Shown here: in pieces, positions 61,948 to 64,000 of the stretch | Layout of the letters: each line of letters opens with the position of its first letter | How positions within the stretch are numbered: the stretch's first letter is position 1 | Source: a virus | Taxonomy: Duplodnaviria > Caudoviricetes | Reading direction: 5' to 3' (one strand) | IMG/VR virus record: IMGVR_UViG_3300028392_002123 | Length of the DNA stretch: 64,000 nucleotides | The notes under the pieces: generated by a model | Databases searched by the model: none | Told to the model about the DNA's origin: nothing | Seen by the model: the letters and a program-made list of their open reading frames with translations, nothing else | Translations under genes and position numbers: made by a program

Positions 61948-62982
61948 ATGCCAAGATTAAGCCTGTGGAAAAAAGAAAAAACCAATGATTTTCACTTCAT
62001 GGATAAAATTATCCGTGAACAATTTCTAGTGGGAGGAACCGGTGTCCTTGTCCACAAATATGTACAGCCTGCCGATCAGGGTGCTAGTAACGATCCTACT
62101 AGACCTAACTATCGTGCAGATGATATTTTAAATGAAACAAAAATTCAAGATTTGTTGTTCTTAGAAAATAGAGACAGAATATATGACCCAGATGTATATG
62201 AGCTCATGGGCGTGTACAACGTAGGAGATCAAGATTTTGACTTAACACAATTCGGTTTATTCCTGTCAGCTGACACAATTTTTATTAGTTTTCATATCAA
62301 TGACATGGTTGATAGAATAGGCCGTAAGTTAATGGCCGGTGATGTTATCGAACTACCCCATGTTAGAGACGATTTATTATTGGATCAAAGTAAACCAGCA
62401 GTAAACAAATTTTATGTAGTACAGGATGCTAGTCGTGCCGCAGAAGGTTTTAGTCAAACATGGTACCCACATATTTGGCGTATTAAAGCAAGCCCTATGA
62501 CCGATGCACAAGAATACAGAGATATACTACAACAAAATGCCGAGGAAGGTTCTGGTGTGGACACACTAAAAGATGCACTAAGCACTTATCAACGAGAATT
62601 AGAAATCAGCAACGCTATCATTGCCGCTGGTGAAAAAGAAGTTCCGAAATACGAGCAGAATACCAGTAACTTAGTCAATGATACTACAAAACAATATCAG
62701 TATGATCATGGCGAGCAAGTTGATCAAGGAAATAGTTTCCCTATAAATCCACACGATGGTGATTTCTTTATTCGAACAGACTACATGCCAAATGCCATGT
62801 TTGTTTATCGAGGAACAAGATGGCAACGTGTATCTGAGTTTAATGATACAACTACTATGAGAGACAGAGTGTTTAACGCTGGTCAGTTTATTAACAATAC
62901 TGCTACCACTGTTGTGGGCAATAAAGAAATACCAATAAGACAACCATTGAGTCAAGTGATCAAACCTAAGGCAGATATTTAA
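61948..62982 (+). CDS. Neck protein (T4 gp14-like)
   Basis: DLLFLENRDR.Y, TQFGLFL.ADT.F, L..GDVIELPH; TAAATA 7 nt before ATG. Confidence 0.8.
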   Translation: MPRLSLWKKEKTNDFHFMDKIIREQFLVGGTGVLVHKYVQPADQGASNDPTRPNYRADDILNETKIQDLLFLENRDRIYDPDVYELMGVYNVGDQDFDLTQFGLFLSADTIFISFHINDMVDRIGRKLMAGDVIELPHVRDDLLLDQSKPAVNKFYVVQDASRAAEGFSQTWYPHIWRIKASPMTDAQEYRDILQQNAEEGSGVDTLKDALSTYQRELEISNAIIAAGEKEVPKYEQNTSNLVNDTTKQYQYDHGEQVDQGNSFPINPHDGDFFIRTDYMPNAMFVYRGTRWQRVSEFNDTTTMRDRVFNAGQFINNTATTVVGNKEIPIRQPLSQVIKPKADI

Positions 62983-62984
62983 TT

Positions 62985-64000
62985 ATGCAATTTTTTTACG
63001 ATGAACAAATACGAAGATACTTAACTCAGTTTATGAGACTCATGGGAGAGTTTTCTGTAAAGACTGGTAAAGATAGAAACGGTCAAGAAAGTTATATTCA
63101 AGTGCCAGTACGTTATGGCGACATCAATCGTATGGCCGCACACATAATGAAAAATCAAAGTGAGAACATGATTAATACTGTTCCATTTATCAGTGTGTAT
63201 GTCACTGACTTGACTATCAATGCTGAACGAAGAAACAATCCCACGCACGTAGATAAAGTGCAAGTTTTTGAAAAAAAATATGATTACGCTACAGGACAAT
63301 ATATAGACGGAGAGATAGGAAATACTTATAGTATAGAACGTTATATGCCGGTACCCTACGACCTAACTGTTCAAGTTGATATATGGACCAGTAACACAGA
63401 TCAAAAATTACAAATATTAGAGCAGTTGTTAGTTTTGTTTAACCCTAGTATCAACTTGCAGGTCAATGATAATCCATTTGATTGGACTGGTTTAACTTAT
63501 ACAGAACTAATCAACGTTGTATGGAGTGTTCGTCAAGTTCCGCAAGGCACAGATGATATCATCGATGTGGCCGCACTAAATTTTACTATTCCTATTTTTA
63601 TTAATCCTCCGGCCAAGGTAAAACGACAAACACTTATTCATACTATTATGAATGAAATTAAACGAGCACAGGATAAAAATCCCTTAGATTGGAATCCTGC
63701 CGATCCTGTACCAAATAAACAATGGGTTATAGTAGGCTTTGAAGATTTACAATTACAAGTTAGAATCGACGGAGATTATGCTTTGCTGTTAAACAGACAA
63801 GGCACAGCAACATTTGACGACGGCAGTCCTTTAGGTTGGGAGGAAGCCCTTAAACCTTATGGACAATATCGTCCTGGTATAAGTCAAATGCGTCTACGTC
63901 GCGGCGATGATCCTGCTAATAGTGGCAGTGATATTATTGCTACACTAGGTGACATTAGCCCTGTGCAGATGAATAAAATTTTTATAAACATAGACGAAAG
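62985..64000 (+). CDS. Tail terminator/sheath stabiliser (T4 gp15-like), partial; absent from the ORF track because it has no stop in the window
   Basis: MQFFYDEQIRRYLTQF...VPVRYG...PVPYDLTVQVDIWT.N.DQKLQILEQ...LFNP. Confidence 0.85.
   Translation, partial: MQFFYDEQIRRYLTQFMRLMGEFSVKTGKDRNGQESYIQVPVRYGDINRMAAHIMKNQSENMINTVPFISVYVTDLTINAERRNNPTHVDKVQVFEKKYDYATGQYIDGEIGNTYSIERYMPVPYDLTVQVDIWTSNTDQKLQILEQLLVLFNPSINLQVNDNPFDWTGLTYTELINVVWSVRQVPQGTDDIIDVAALNFTIPIFINPPAKVKRQTLIHTIMNEIKRAQDKNPLDWNPADPVPNKQWVIVGFEDLQLQVRIDGDYALLLNRQGTATFDDGSPLGWEEALKPYGQYRPGISQMRLRRGDDPANSGSDIIATLGDISPVQMNKIFINIDE

Noticed and set aside
764-63299. Short antisense or out-of-frame ORFs in the track (e.g. 945-1142, 3718-4074, 39793-40374, 46177-46608, 63021-63299)
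   Set aside because: They lie within or opposite well-supported genes, lack RBS or motifs, and are best explained as shadow ORFs
1-64000. Alternative genetic code (stop-codon reassignment)
   Set aside because: Core genes are full-length and densely packed in code 11, and all three stop codons are used at gene ends

Overview
This 64-kb window is an internal segment of a large lytic myovirus with a T4-like core, probably infecting an aquatic Gram-negative (proteobacterial) host; the host assignment is an inference. Almost all genes are on the minus strand and read in standard code 11. Core genes: class Ia RNR (nrdA, nrdB, glutaredoxin), DnaB/gp41-like helicase, primase, UvsW, UvsX, UvsY, gp32 SSB, terminase, gp4, tail tubes, sheath, neck gp13/gp14, a partial gp15 and dNMP kinase. 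Two promoter classes can be read from the sequence: near-consensus sigma70 promoters (TTGACA-17-TATAAT) before early/replication genes, and a T4-like late motif (TAAATA) before virion genes. Main findings: (1) a putative phosphate-starvation module at 171-2271, with two 11-bp-periodic PhoB-type boxes upstream of a small structured RNA and of a plcP-like phospholipase plus agt-like glycosyltransferase pair; (2) the acceptor half of an apparently permuted tmRNA with its own consensus promoter, plus a separate ArfA-like ORF; (3) a 193-aa miniature DnaE that keeps all three catalytic Asp motifs; (4) a promoter-to-terminator cassette encoding a subtilase-autotransporter, a lipoprotein hydrolase, a ParB-like protein and a T5orf172-like nuclease; (5) RBS-occluding hairpins containing late promoters, and many apparently leaderless genes. 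All family assignments come from motif recognition by eye; no database searches were run. No CRISPR array, rRNA, complete tRNA, intron or intein was seen.
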